A DNA stretch of 64,000 nt from Thalia democratica (Eukaryota), in contig OZ241828.1 in the NCBI GenBank assembly GCA_965202585.1, forward strand, positions 20,088,001 through 20,152,000, written 5' to 3'. The position numbers were made by a program, and so were the translations under genes. Shown here one piece after another: positions 12,036-24,000 of the stretch. Positions within the stretch are counted from its first letter, which is position 1. Each line of letters opens with the position of its first letter. The notes beneath the pieces were generated by a model, which did not search any database, was not told the DNA's origin, and worked only from the letters and a program-made list of their open reading frames with translations.

Positions 12036-15000
12036 CTTGCTGACTTGACTCCTGCCTTCCTCGGGCACTTTTGCTACTTCCTTCTTGACGCTCACTGCTT
12101 CCTTCTTGACGTTCCCTCCCTTTTCCATCTCCTTCTTGACGTGCCCTCCCTTTTCCATCTCCTTCTTCAGGTTCTTCGTCGGTTGCACCCCAAGCATTCC
12201 CACGTTGCTGCCCTGCAAGCTCACCCCGTCCTCGCGGAACACCGTGTAGTTCACCATGTACGTCTGCCGCGACTCCTGCGACTCCCTCACGCTCCTGCTC
12301 GTGCTCTGGTGCGAATCTACCATCCTCTTCTCCTTGGCGTTCTGCCCTGAGTGTCCCACCGCGCTCTCGCTCTTGTCCTCTTCCGCGACGCTCTTGAAGC
12401 TCTTGAGGCTCTTCTTGTCGTCGAGGACCAGCTCCCTGGACGTGATCCTGCTTATGGAGGTGGCCGTGGCGTGCTTCTCCCATTTCACAAACTCCGACTT
12501 GTCCGAGAAGTTGGACGGGCTCCTGACTACTTGCTCCTGCTTCTTGTAATCTTTCTGCTTCCTCTGGTAGCGTTCCTTCTCCAGGTCTTCTTTCCTGACG
12601 TCCACGCTCGAGCCCTTACACAGACTCTCCTCCGCCTGGGATACCTCCTCAATGTACCGGAGCAACTCCTCTTCATCCTTGTTGCTCGGCTCCTCCGCCG
12701 TAAGAGATTTCTCCTGTTTCCTTTTGTTGCTCGGCGCGTACTCTGCCAGCCCTATGGTCCTCAAAAATCCCGACAGCCCGTACTTGGCCACGCTCGACGT
12801 CCTGCAAGAGTTGTCCTCCTGCTTGTACGACACGTTGTCGCCGGTGTGGTGCTCCGACGGCTGGACTGATGCTCTCACGTCGACGTCGCTCTCCTGCGGG
12901 TTGTCCAGGTTCGTCCCGGAGTTGTTACGCGGGAAAGTTGTCTCCACGCGCTGACCGGATCTGTCGGCCCTCAATTGAGCGAATTCTCGATGCTGCTCGG
13001 TGAACCTCGAGTAGCTGGGCTCCGACGGCCTGTAGCTTTCGGCTTGAACCGTGAACCTGGAACAGCTCGGTTCTCTCAGCTGGGAGTAGCTGGGATCTAT
13101 GTTGACGGAGCAGCGCTCGAGGTAGTACTGCTGATCCACGCTGCTGACTTTGTTGACGATTTGCTCCGTTTGACAAGCCTCTTCCACTCTGGTCTTCTCG
13201 TGGACGCTCTCCAAAGACTTCCTCCTCAGGTCTTCCGGGTTGTCCAGAGCCGTCTGCCACGAGTCGACGCTGCCCCTGCTCTGCTGGCTCTGCGTCAGGC
13301 TGAGCTTGTTGCTGTGCTTGCTCCTGCTGTGCTTGCTGCTATCGATCGCGCTGTGCTTGCTCGAGTGGCATCCCATCAGGTCCTTGGTGCTGATCAACAG
13401 CTGGACCGAGTCGGATTCCGCCACGGACCCGGCAGCTTCTTCGACTGGCTTCTCGGCGAGGTCTTGCAAGAACTCGTCCTCTTCTTGGATGTAACACGGC
13501 TGCTGCTGTTCCGGTTCGTTCAGATACACTTCGGAGTGCATGCTCAACTTGTCTGGGATTTCGCTAGGATACTCGAACTTTGGCTTGTTGCCCACCTGAG
13601 ACGAGATGAGGTCTTCCGACTCGTCTTCAACTAGTTCCTGTATGTCGTTGTGCTCCGACAAGTAATCAGGCAAGTCTTCCACGCACTCGGATATCGGCTC
13701 CGGTATGGGCTCCGTGAACTCTTCGTGGTGACTCGGCGGCAGATACTCTTCGCCCTCCGACTCTTCCTTGTGCTGCGGCTCCTCTGCCTCGGCCTCTTCC
13801 TCCTGCTCAGGTTCCGCCAGAACCTCTTCCTGCTCCACAGAGTCTTCTTCCTCTTCCGAGTACGTGGCTGACGCTCCCAGCGCGAACTTGAACCCGTCTG
13901 TCAGATCTTCAAACGCGTTGCTGAGCCGCTTGGGGTACTCGACCAGCGTGGCGATGTCTTCCACCACCGCCCTCGTCATCTCTTTGCTCACGTTGTACAT
14001 GTAGTTGTACGTGCTCTTCTGCAAGGTGTAAGTTCCGTACCTGCTGGTGCTCGCGCCTTGGTACTTGCCGTGTATGTCCTTGGCCGGCGCAGGCTTTTCC
14101 TTCTTTCTTTTGGGGACGGGAGAATTGAGAAGGGGACTTGTGGTCACGCTGTTGAGGTACTCCTCGAACGTTGGCACCTTCTTCTCAGGCTTCGGTTCCT
14201 TGACCTCCTCCTTTTGCACGGTGATCGTTTCCTCTTCCTTGGGGAAGTAGTAGTCGGACTTGTCGTCTGGACTCCTGTACCTGACAAACTGGTAGTCCTG
14301 TATCTCGTGGCCCATCAGGAACTGGTTCATGATGCTCTCCCTGAGGCTCTTGTCCGAGTACTTGTTGTTGCCGGGATGCAAAATGTCGTCTTCAGATTCT
14401 GGATGTTCATCCTCGGCTTGTTCGTTCACTTTAGTTTGAGAGATGCTCTGCTGTGCAATGAATTCGTCCTCAACATCATTTTGTTTGAATTCTTCTTTGA
14501 GGTTTTCTAACTCGTTTTGCACAAAATTGCTGTGTTCCTTATGATCAGTTTCCAACAGTTTATGTAGTTTGTCCTGCTCCTTGCGAGCGTCTTCTAGAGA
14601 CCTCTGCAGGAAATCGTTGTATGGCAAGACCTCTTCTACTACCTGAGGTTCTGGAAGTTCTTCTACTTGCTTAGGTTCTAGAAGTTCTTCCTGAGGTTCT
14701 GGAAGTTCTTGCTCAGGTTCTATAAGTTTTTCCTGAGGTTCTGGAAGTTCTTGCTCAGGTTCTGGGAGTTCTTCCTGAGGTTCTGTAAGTTCTACCTGAG
14801 GTACTGGAAGTACTTCTTCTACTTGCTCAGGTTGTGGAAGTTTTACTTCAGGTTCTGTAAGTTCTTCCTCGGGTTCCGAAGGAAGTTTATCCTGCTCCTT
14901 GCGAGCGTCTTCAAGGGACCTCTGAAGGAAATCGTTGTATGGCAAGACCTCTTCTCCCTTAAGTTCAGGAAGATTTTCTTCTACCTCAGGTAATGCTTCC

Positions 15001-18000
15001 TCAGGTTCCGAAGGCACGTGCTCTGTAATGTCGTCCTGGTCATCACTAAAACCGTCCTGATCTTCCTTGTCACTAATGGCGCTGTAGCAAGGCGCGTTCT
15101 CCTGCCTTGTGTCTACCTCACTCTCTTTCCGAGTAACTTGAACGGCTTCTTTCTCTGGTTTCTTACCAGTTAGGATCTCCTCGTCTACAAGGATCGAGTC
15201 TGCCGCTTTCTTTAATATATTAGCGTCGAAGATGGTCGGAAAGACTCCGTGCTCGTCAGTGAAGCGAGTCTCGACGTTCTCGTTTGATATTTTCTCGATG
15301 AGGCCGCCCGATTCGTTGTAAGCGTGCTTTCTGACGACGTCCTGCACAGAAAAGACGACTTCCCTGGCTGATTGAACCACGTTGTTCTGGTTCTCGTCCT
15401 CTAGAGGCGTGGAACCTAATATGTGCCCGTGGGTAAGAGGTTTCGTGAAGAGACCTATGATCCCTTGAGTTTTATCTTGCGCCCTTTCGCTTATAGCGCT
15501 AAAGTGGTCAAAGTTGTTATCTTTGACTGGGTAGTTCTCGCATTCTTGCAAGTACATCTCGTTGGCGAGGTTGTTCGAGTACTCTATCAGGTTTCTAATC
15601 GATCTGATAAGCCTCTCTTTCTCAGGTTCGTAAAAAGATTCCTTGCCTAGAATTTGTCCCTCTGTTAAGGATTGAAGGCCAATCTTTCCTAGGTTGTTAG
15701 ACTTAATCTGGTAAGGCGTCTGGTCATCTAAGCTGACCGACTTGATCACTGAAACAACTTCTTTCACCACGTTGTAGCTGGCAGTGCCAAGCATCGTTCT
15801 ATTATCGTATCTACTTGATGTAAGGTTGAGGTCTAGCACTTTCTCTAAGACGCTCGCGATCACGTTAGGGTTCTCTTCGGGGAAGAACTGCTTCGCGTCT
15901 TCCAGCTGCAGAGTTTCCACGGCGGTTTCTCCGTCGCCCAGATCGGTCGACTCGTCCGGTGCGGATGTGAGGAGGTTGAACGTGGATTGCACGACCGTTT
16001 TCGCTGATTCGATCAGCTTCTGGTGGTCGTCGTTCGTCACCGGGCTTTCTAATAGCAATTGCTCTGGTGTTAAAGAGTCTATGCCGAAGCGGTGCAAGAC
16101 TGCGGTTGAGAAATGGTTGGGATTGGTAAGACTGTACTTGCTGGCTTCCATGTTGTCGTTTGACTCTGTGACTCTTTGTTGAGTGTTTGTGTAGTCTGAC
16201 TTTAAAGTTTTGTTGGAGACAGATTTAGCAGTGCTCAACAAGTTCCTGACGCTCTTAACTAGATTTTTTTGGTTCCTGTCCTGAATGAAATCGTACCCTG
16301 TTAATTGCTGCATCGTCAACGATCCGAACCCGAATCTCTCGTAGTTGCTGGTGGTTCTGAGCAAGCTTCTCTTGCTGCCGCCCGAGTTGGTGCTTGCCAC
16401 TCTCTCAATGAGACTTGCAACCACTCTAGCACTTTCCTTGACCGTTGAAGCGGAATCAAAGGTGGCTTTGGAGATTGATTTTTCCTGCGCCGTGTCGAGA
16501 ACGTCCCTTAAAAGATCTTTGACCTCTTCTGCGTCCGGTTGGTCTTCAAGACTCTTTTCTAATTTGTGGTCGCTTTGATGGTGCACCACAGATTTTACTA
16601 TTTCATATTTGGATTCTACCACCGCCTTTGCGGATTCAATGAACTTTTTGTGGTCCTCATTATAGACTTTACTCTCTCCAATCAACTGCTTCGGAGTGAG
16701 GGCTTCCATGCCGAATTTGCACAAGACTTGCGGGTCCGGTTGGCGGGAAACCAAGTGCTCGGGGGTGTTGAGAGGTATATCAGATTTGTACGACCTCAGG
16801 TGAGGATAAAGATTGATCCTGGATTTGGCCTTCTCTTGCAAGTAGCTGCCGTTAATGACCAGGTTCCTTACTGATTGGACCAAGTTGCTGTGATTCTTGT
16901 CCGGTATTTCCTTCCTACCCAACAGCTGATCGGTGGTCAAAGAGTTGAAACCGAATCTTTCAAAGTTGGACGTGCTAGATATTTCCTTATGATCACTACT
17001 GGATAAGAGTGCCACTTTTTCAATGGCTGACAAGACCGCGTGCGCTTTATGATCTTCAGGACCAGCATTGCCCGATAAAGACTGCAATGTGTCCTTGACT
17101 ATAGTATCCATGGCCCTATTGCTGTCCAAGACGTTCTTAAGTACCTTGACCACTGCCTCGTGGTCGTCAAAGTCGGCAGAACAATCAGAATTATTACACT
17201 GACCTGAATTTTCCACTGTTTCCAAGGTCTGCACCCTCTGCTTGAGCGTGCCCAGTTCGCCGATACTCCTCTTCAGGTTGTTCTGCAGCACCTCCGCCAT
17301 GTCCACAACGTCCTCTGCCACGTCCTGGCCCAGGTTCGGGTCGTCCTGGTAGCTCGCGCTGTCCCTGTCAAGCTGCTTCATGCGCTCCTTGAAAGAGTCC
17401 TTGAGGTTGACGTTGTCCTCCAGCCTCGCTTGCAGCTCCTCGGCGATGTCAATCATCTCGTTGGCCGCTCCCGCATTCCAGGTCGCTCCCTCCTTCAAAT
17501 CGTCAACCGACTTGACTCTCGACTTGAACGCCGTCAGCATCTTGATGTCGGTCACCTGCGTCTTCCTGGACTGCTCCGTCAAGTCGACCATCTGCCCCGC
17601 AACTTCCCAAACGGCCCGGTTGATCACCTCCTCAAGCGACGCCTTCGGGTCCTTGTGCTGCCGGTAGAAGTCCCTCAGCAGTTTCTTCTGCTCCATCGCG
17701 GTCTTGGCGCTCTCTTCGAGCATCTGCGGGGTCTTGTCGTCGAACGCGGTGATCTCGATCTGCTTCTTGAGCTCCTCCAGCTCCCTGAGCGTGTTGGTGA
17801 TGTCCTTGTGCACCAGGGTCATCATGCCTATGGTGTCGTTGCCCATGTCCGACGCGAACTTCTTCGCCCTGCTCTCCCTGTCTGACGCGTCGATCCTGGT
17901 GAGAGTTTTGTCGATCTTCTCCGCGGCTTGCTCCACGTCGTCCATCAAGAGCTCTTCGAGGTCTATGACGTCACACAGCGTGTTGTGGATCGCCTCCTTG

Positions 18001-21000
18001 GTCTCCTCCTCGATTCCGTCCATGTTGGTCACCTGCACCTTCATTGTCTTCTTCTGCTTGAAGTTGTACTCGACGTGGCGCATCAGCTGCTTGATGGACA
18101 GCACCATGTCGTCGGCCAGCGCGACAAACACCTCGTCTTCCTCTCCTTCCCTGTTGTTCCTGACGAGGTTGATCCTCTCGCTCAGGCACTCGAGCGCCTT
18201 GTGGTCGCACCTCAGGTTCTCGTCCGACTCGTCCACCAGGTCAATGATGTCCGACATGATGCCCATGACGATGCTGACGCTCTCGCCCACGCTCCTCGCC
18301 TTGCTCCGCCTCCTCGTGAGAAAGTCGCCCTTCACGCTCGGCTGGCTCACGTGCGTCTTGAGGCTGCTGGCGTCGTCGCACGCTCTCGAGCGGTGCTGCT
18401 CGTTCTTGATGCTGGAAAGCGCGCTGCTTATCAGCTGCTGCACGTTGATGGCCTGCTGGCTCCTCGCCTTCGTGAAGGGGTTCGTCGACACCTCCGAGAT
18501 CTTTTCGGTCACGTAGTTCGTCCTGGACTGGCAAGGAAGCACCAGCTCCACTGCCGAGGTCTCCTCCTTCTTGATGGCCTCGATCTGCTTCTTAAACTCC
18601 GTGATCGCGTCCACGTTGGACTTGAGCTGGACGTGCATGCTGGCGATGGATTCGAGGATGTCGTTCACCAGCTGATCGGCGAACTTGTACACCTCCGACT
18701 TGCGGTCCATCTTCTCCATGGCGTTCTGCACGGCCTGCAGGTTGTTCTCCGAGCACACCAGGTCGTCCCTGAGCAGCTGCTGCACGTCCACCACGTCGCA
18801 CGCGATGCAGTACACCTGGCTCCGGTGCTCGTCTCCCACTCTCGCTCCCAGCGACTTGATCTGCGCGATGAACTCCGCGTTGACGTTGACGTTGTACTCG
18901 ACGTTCATCTGGACGAACTTGCACACGTCCACGATCTCCACCGAGACGTCCACCGCCTTGTCGCTGTCGCACTCCTTGATGATCATCATGCCGCGCTCGC
19001 GCATCCCCTCCAGGTCCTGCACGTCCTGCGCCAGCTTGTTGCACGTCTCCTCCACCATGTCCACTATGTCTCTGGCGATGCCGTTGATCACCGAGTCCGT
19101 CTCCGAGAGGACCTCCTCTTCTTCTTCCTTCGGCTCTTCCTTGGCCTCTTCGTCGGCCAGGTGCCTGACTTCGGTCTGCGAGAGGGACAGGCTCTTCTCG
19201 GCTTCAACGACCACTTCTTCCTCGCTCTGGTCCTCCAGCAAGAGTCCCCTGAGCATCTCCCTGAACTCTGCCAGCTCCTCGATGTGCTCGTCTATTTGCA
19301 CCGGCACGTCCACCATCATTCTCATGAACCTGTCCAGCAGCAGGTGCTGGAGGTCGTTGTCCTTGATCTGGTCGGTCAGCCTCGACTGCTGGTTGCACCT
19401 CAGCTTCAGCTCGGTGAACTCCTTGCTCCTGTTGCTCAGGTCGGCCTTCAGCGCCTCGTCCGTGTCGATGAGGTCGTTGCACGACTGCATCAGGAAGCAC
19501 CGGTCCTCGTCCTTGATCACGTTCGGCACTCTCCTGGTCTCCTCCAATATCTCCCGCTTCCTGGTGATCTCCTTGTCCAGGTCTTCGAGGTACCGGTCCG
19601 CGATTTCCATCATGTCCAAACTCGACTGCACCCAGAACGGGTCCTGCGACTTTTGCAGCGGCTTGGCGAAGTTGCGCTGGATCATGCTGGCCTTGTACAC
19701 GTTGCGCGAACCGTTTATCTCGCACAGGATGATGTCCCTGATGTCGTTCTTGTAACCCGTCGACCACGTCTTGTGCGACTCCGCCTTTTCTTCCTCCTTC
19801 TCCGGTTCGGCCACTTCTTCGATGTTTAAGTCGCATTTGACCTTTTTCTTGCCGCCCTTGTGGGATTTTCCAGACTTTTTGCTGGCTACAGACTTTGTGT
19901 CTGGGATGACTTTAGTCTTTGGTGTGTCTTCTGCTGGCTTCTGCTCGGATTCACTTGGAGATTTTCCGACAGACGACTGCTTAGACTTGTTCTCCTTGAC
20001 CTTCTTGTTCAGCATGGCCAGGGCTTCCTTGATTTTCTCCCCGGTCATCTCCAGACTGTCATACTTGACTGATTTCCTGTCTGTCTTCTCCGAGACGTTG
20101 TCCTTGACAGACTTTGCCACGCTCGTGTTGCTGTCTACCGGCAGCGGCTCCACAGAGCTCACGACGCTGACCTGGTCCACGTTTGTATCTGTGATTTCGC
20201 TCGTGCTCTCGTAGCTGTCGACTCCCAGGTCTTTGATCTTTTTCTTGAGATCTCTAACTTGCTGGTCGCTGCTCTTGCAGTAGTTCAGCATGACCTGGTT
20301 GTTCAGCCGCATGTCCCTGATGATCGTCTTCATGTAGAACTGCTCCTTGCCGTTGGTGTCTGTTTGCATGAGCTGCTCCTCCCTGAAGTACCTCACCTGC
20401 TTCACTGCGCTCCTCATGTCCTTGTGGAGCGTCTTCTCGAGGTCCAAGGCGTCCTTGGCGAGGGCTATGACAATGCTCCTGTTCTCCGCGTTCAGGACCG
20501 GCACCGACTTCAGCTCGCTCCTGATCTTGTCTTTCTCGTTCGCGTCCTTCAAGAAGATCTTCTGCATGTCGGCGCAGAAGCCGTGGACCTCGTTCGCGTA
20601 GTCCGACAACGGCAGGTCGTCGTTGACCGACTCTATCGCCTTGATCTGGTCCTTGAAGCTGTCCAGGGTGATCTGCTGCCTCTCCAGCGCGTGCCTCGAC
20701 GCTTCGATGATCATCACGGCGTCTTCCGTGATCTCCATCACCTGGCTCTTGCTCTCTTCCACCTTGTTCTCTTCGAACTCCTCGTCCGAAACCTCCTTCT
20801 CAAAGTTCACCGGTACCATGTCGATGTTCTTGCTCGCGCTCAGCGACTTTATCTGGCCCTTGAGCAGCTCGATCTCCTTGTAGTCGTGCTTGAAGTTGTT
20901 CTGCAGGACGCTGGCCAGGCTCACCATGTCGTTGGCGATGTCCGAGATGGAGCTCTTCCTCTCCTCCTTGTAGAAGTGCTGCGACCTCTTCTGCTCCTCC

Positions 21001-24000
21001 CGCAGCTCCTTCAGCGTCTTCATGTCGTTGACGTTGATCGAGGACACCTTGCTGATCGACTTCCTGTTGACGGTGGCCACCGGCAGAGTGTAGTTTATCT
21101 TGTTGATGGTCGAGTGGGCCCTGATGGTGGCCGGTCTGCTCGCTTCTTTGAGGCTTTGGATCTTGCCCGAGACGCCCACGTAAGAAACGATGCTGGCGCT
21201 TTTCATGCTGGAGTCCAGCAGGTGCATCTGAGATTGCTTGTTGTTGGCCACTTTTGATTCTTTGAGGTTCACGTCAATGTTCCCAAGAAGTGAAGATATT
21301 TTGCTGATGCTGATATTCGCATTGCCTTGGACCTGCAAGAAGTCTTTTTCCGGCACTATGGGACTTGTGTCGTTGTTTTTAGCGCCTTTTATTGACTCAT
21401 TACTGCTAACTGATGTATCGTCTACAGACTTTACAAGATTAATATTTTTAGCTCCTTTAGATGACCCATTACTGCTAATTGATTTATCGTCTATAGACTT
21501 TAGGTGATCATTGTTTTTAGCTCCTTTAGATGACCCATTACTGCTAATTGATTTATCGTCTATAGACTTTAGGTGATCATTGTTTTTAGCTCCTTTAGAG
21601 GACGCTTTACTACTAACTGATGTATCGTCAATAGACTTAACAAGATTATTGTTTTTAGCTACTTTAGATGACCCATTGCTACTAATTGATTTATCGTCTA
21701 TAGACTTTAGGCGATCATTGTTTTTAGCTCCTTTAGAGGACGCTTTACTGCTAACTGATGTATCGTCAACAGACTTTACAAGATTATTGTTTTTAGCTCC
21801 TTTAGATGACCCATTACTGCTAATTGATTTATCGTCTATAGACTTTAGGTGATCATTGTTTTTAGCTCCTTTAGAGGACGCTTTACTGCTAACTGATGTA
21901 TCGTCAACAGACTTCACAAGATTATTGTTTTTAGATCCTTTAGATGACCCATTGCTGCTAATAGATTTATCGTCTATAGACTTAAGGTGAGCATTGTTTG
22001 TAGCTCCTTTGATTGACGAAACACTACTATCTGATTTATCGTCTAATGTCTGTATGTGAACATCGTCTTGCTCTCTTGGAAGTACGTCAATGTTTTTGAT
22101 ACCTAATGATGTTATACTCATGTCAATCTTAATGCCTTTTAAATAAGCATTGCTAACGCTTTGTTCCTGTAGGTCATTTTGTAGCTCTGTGGGGCTAGTA
22201 ATAGCTTTGCCCAAAGAAGAGATCTTGCTAATGCTGCGTTTGTTTACCCTGTCTACGCTGGAACTCTTATTATCATTATTTGGATCTGCAAATGGGGATA
22301 CTTTGTCCACTGTATCACTGTCTGAGCTGAAATCTGCTTGTGTTTCCTCATTAGCAACCATTATATGTCTTATTTCGTCGTTTTTCCTACCATATGAGAG
22401 GTTTTCGCTTGTAATTTCTCTGTTTGCGTTGTCTTGTACTTCTAGTTGGTTGTCTTTATGTATGTCATGGTTTTGGTTGCCTAAAGAAGATATCTTACTA
22501 ATACTAGGCTTGTTTGTGCCGTTTTGTAAGTCTACAGGACTACTTTGCGGTTGTATATGTTTATGACTTGTGCCAATGTTTTGGTTGCCTACAGACACTT
22601 CTTTGCTAATGCTCTCTACTATAGTAAAGTCCTGTATGTTCTGTTGCTCTTGTACGAGCTTTGTGGGTCCTGTTTCGAGCTTCATTTTATTTAAAGAAGA
22701 TAAGTCGCTCAAGGTTAATTGTATGCCGCTCTGCGCTTCCAAACCGTCATTTTGCAGCTCTTTCAAGCTCAAATCGTAGCCTATCTTGTCGGCCGAGGTT
22801 ATCTTGCTCAGATGGTCGCTGTCCTGCACCGGCAGTTGGTCCTTAAGCATTTCTCTGAGCACGTTGTCGTTGGTAGAGTCGTTTTCTACAAAGTCTGAGA
22901 AGTGCAGGTCACCCTCCGAGGTCATTTCCGACATTTTCGAGCTCTTGTTGTCTTTGACCTTGGCCTGCTGCTTTTTGCTCTCGTTTATCATGGCTTTGAG
23001 CGCTTCATTGTCGGAAGGCTTGTTGCCGAGAAGTCCGTTCAAGCTCATAGGAGATTCCACCTTGTTCAGGTTTTCAAAATCTTCCAGGTGTTCCTGGTGG
23101 TCCTCGATGACAAACTCCGAGAACAGATCCTCGTTCTTGGTTCGCTCGTAGTCTTCGAAGCTCCTGGTGTGCTTGAAGTCATCGCTATCTATTTTAATGT
23201 CCTTTAAGAGCTTGTCGTCGTTGACTATTTTACTCAAGCTAGACTTGTCATGATCAATTTTCCTAGATTCGTCTACGAAGCTTTTCGACTGTATGTAGTC
23301 GTTGAAGCTGGACACTTCGTAGCTCCACTGGTGGTTTATGACGCCGTCCTCGTCGAACTGCGAGTCTCGCCTTATTACTTGAGGTTTTTCCTCCTTGACG
23401 CGCTGTATCTCGCTCAAGGTTATGCTGGGAGACGGGTCAGAGGTCTGGCTCGCCCGGAAGACTCCGTGCTGCTCGAAGGCCTCGACTATGCTGTCCTCCG
23501 CCTTGAAGGGACCTTCGTCTTGGTCGTAGTGCAGTTTTGATTTCTCTTCCTGGGAAGATAGTTTGTTTTCCGTGTCCTTTTTGCTCTGTGGTCTTAGCTT
23601 GACCAGTTTTTTGGCCTTCTTTTTGCTGGGCCTTTTGTATTCATTTTCCTGCCTTTCCAAGTTCTTGCCGCCGTGCAAGAACTTGAGGGTGTCAAGATTG
23701 TCCTTAAAGTTTATGAGTTCCTGGTCATTGATAGTCTTGATGGTCTCAACCAAATGAATATCGTCAGACTCTTTTTGCAGGAGGTACTTGAGGCCGCCGA
23801 CGTTGGCTCTGAACTTGTCCAGTTCCTCATTGTTCAACTCACTGAGAGTTTCAAGCATTTTTACGGGGTCCTTGATGTGCGAGAAGTCTTTGTGCTTTAT
23901 CTTGCTTGACAGCAAGTTCATGCCTTTGAGGCTCTCAAGGTCCGACATGTCGATATTGGGCAGCTTTGGTTTTGATATTGGGTCTTGTTCTGTGCCGTTC

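Noticed and set aside
12001-23910. Long antisense and alternate-frame ORFs (e.g. 17928-19829, 633 aa; 18685-19755; 20259-21257)
   Set aside because: They fall in the high-GC3 blocks of gene 1, where G/C-ending codons suppress stops in other frames; the translations are typical shadow ORFs.
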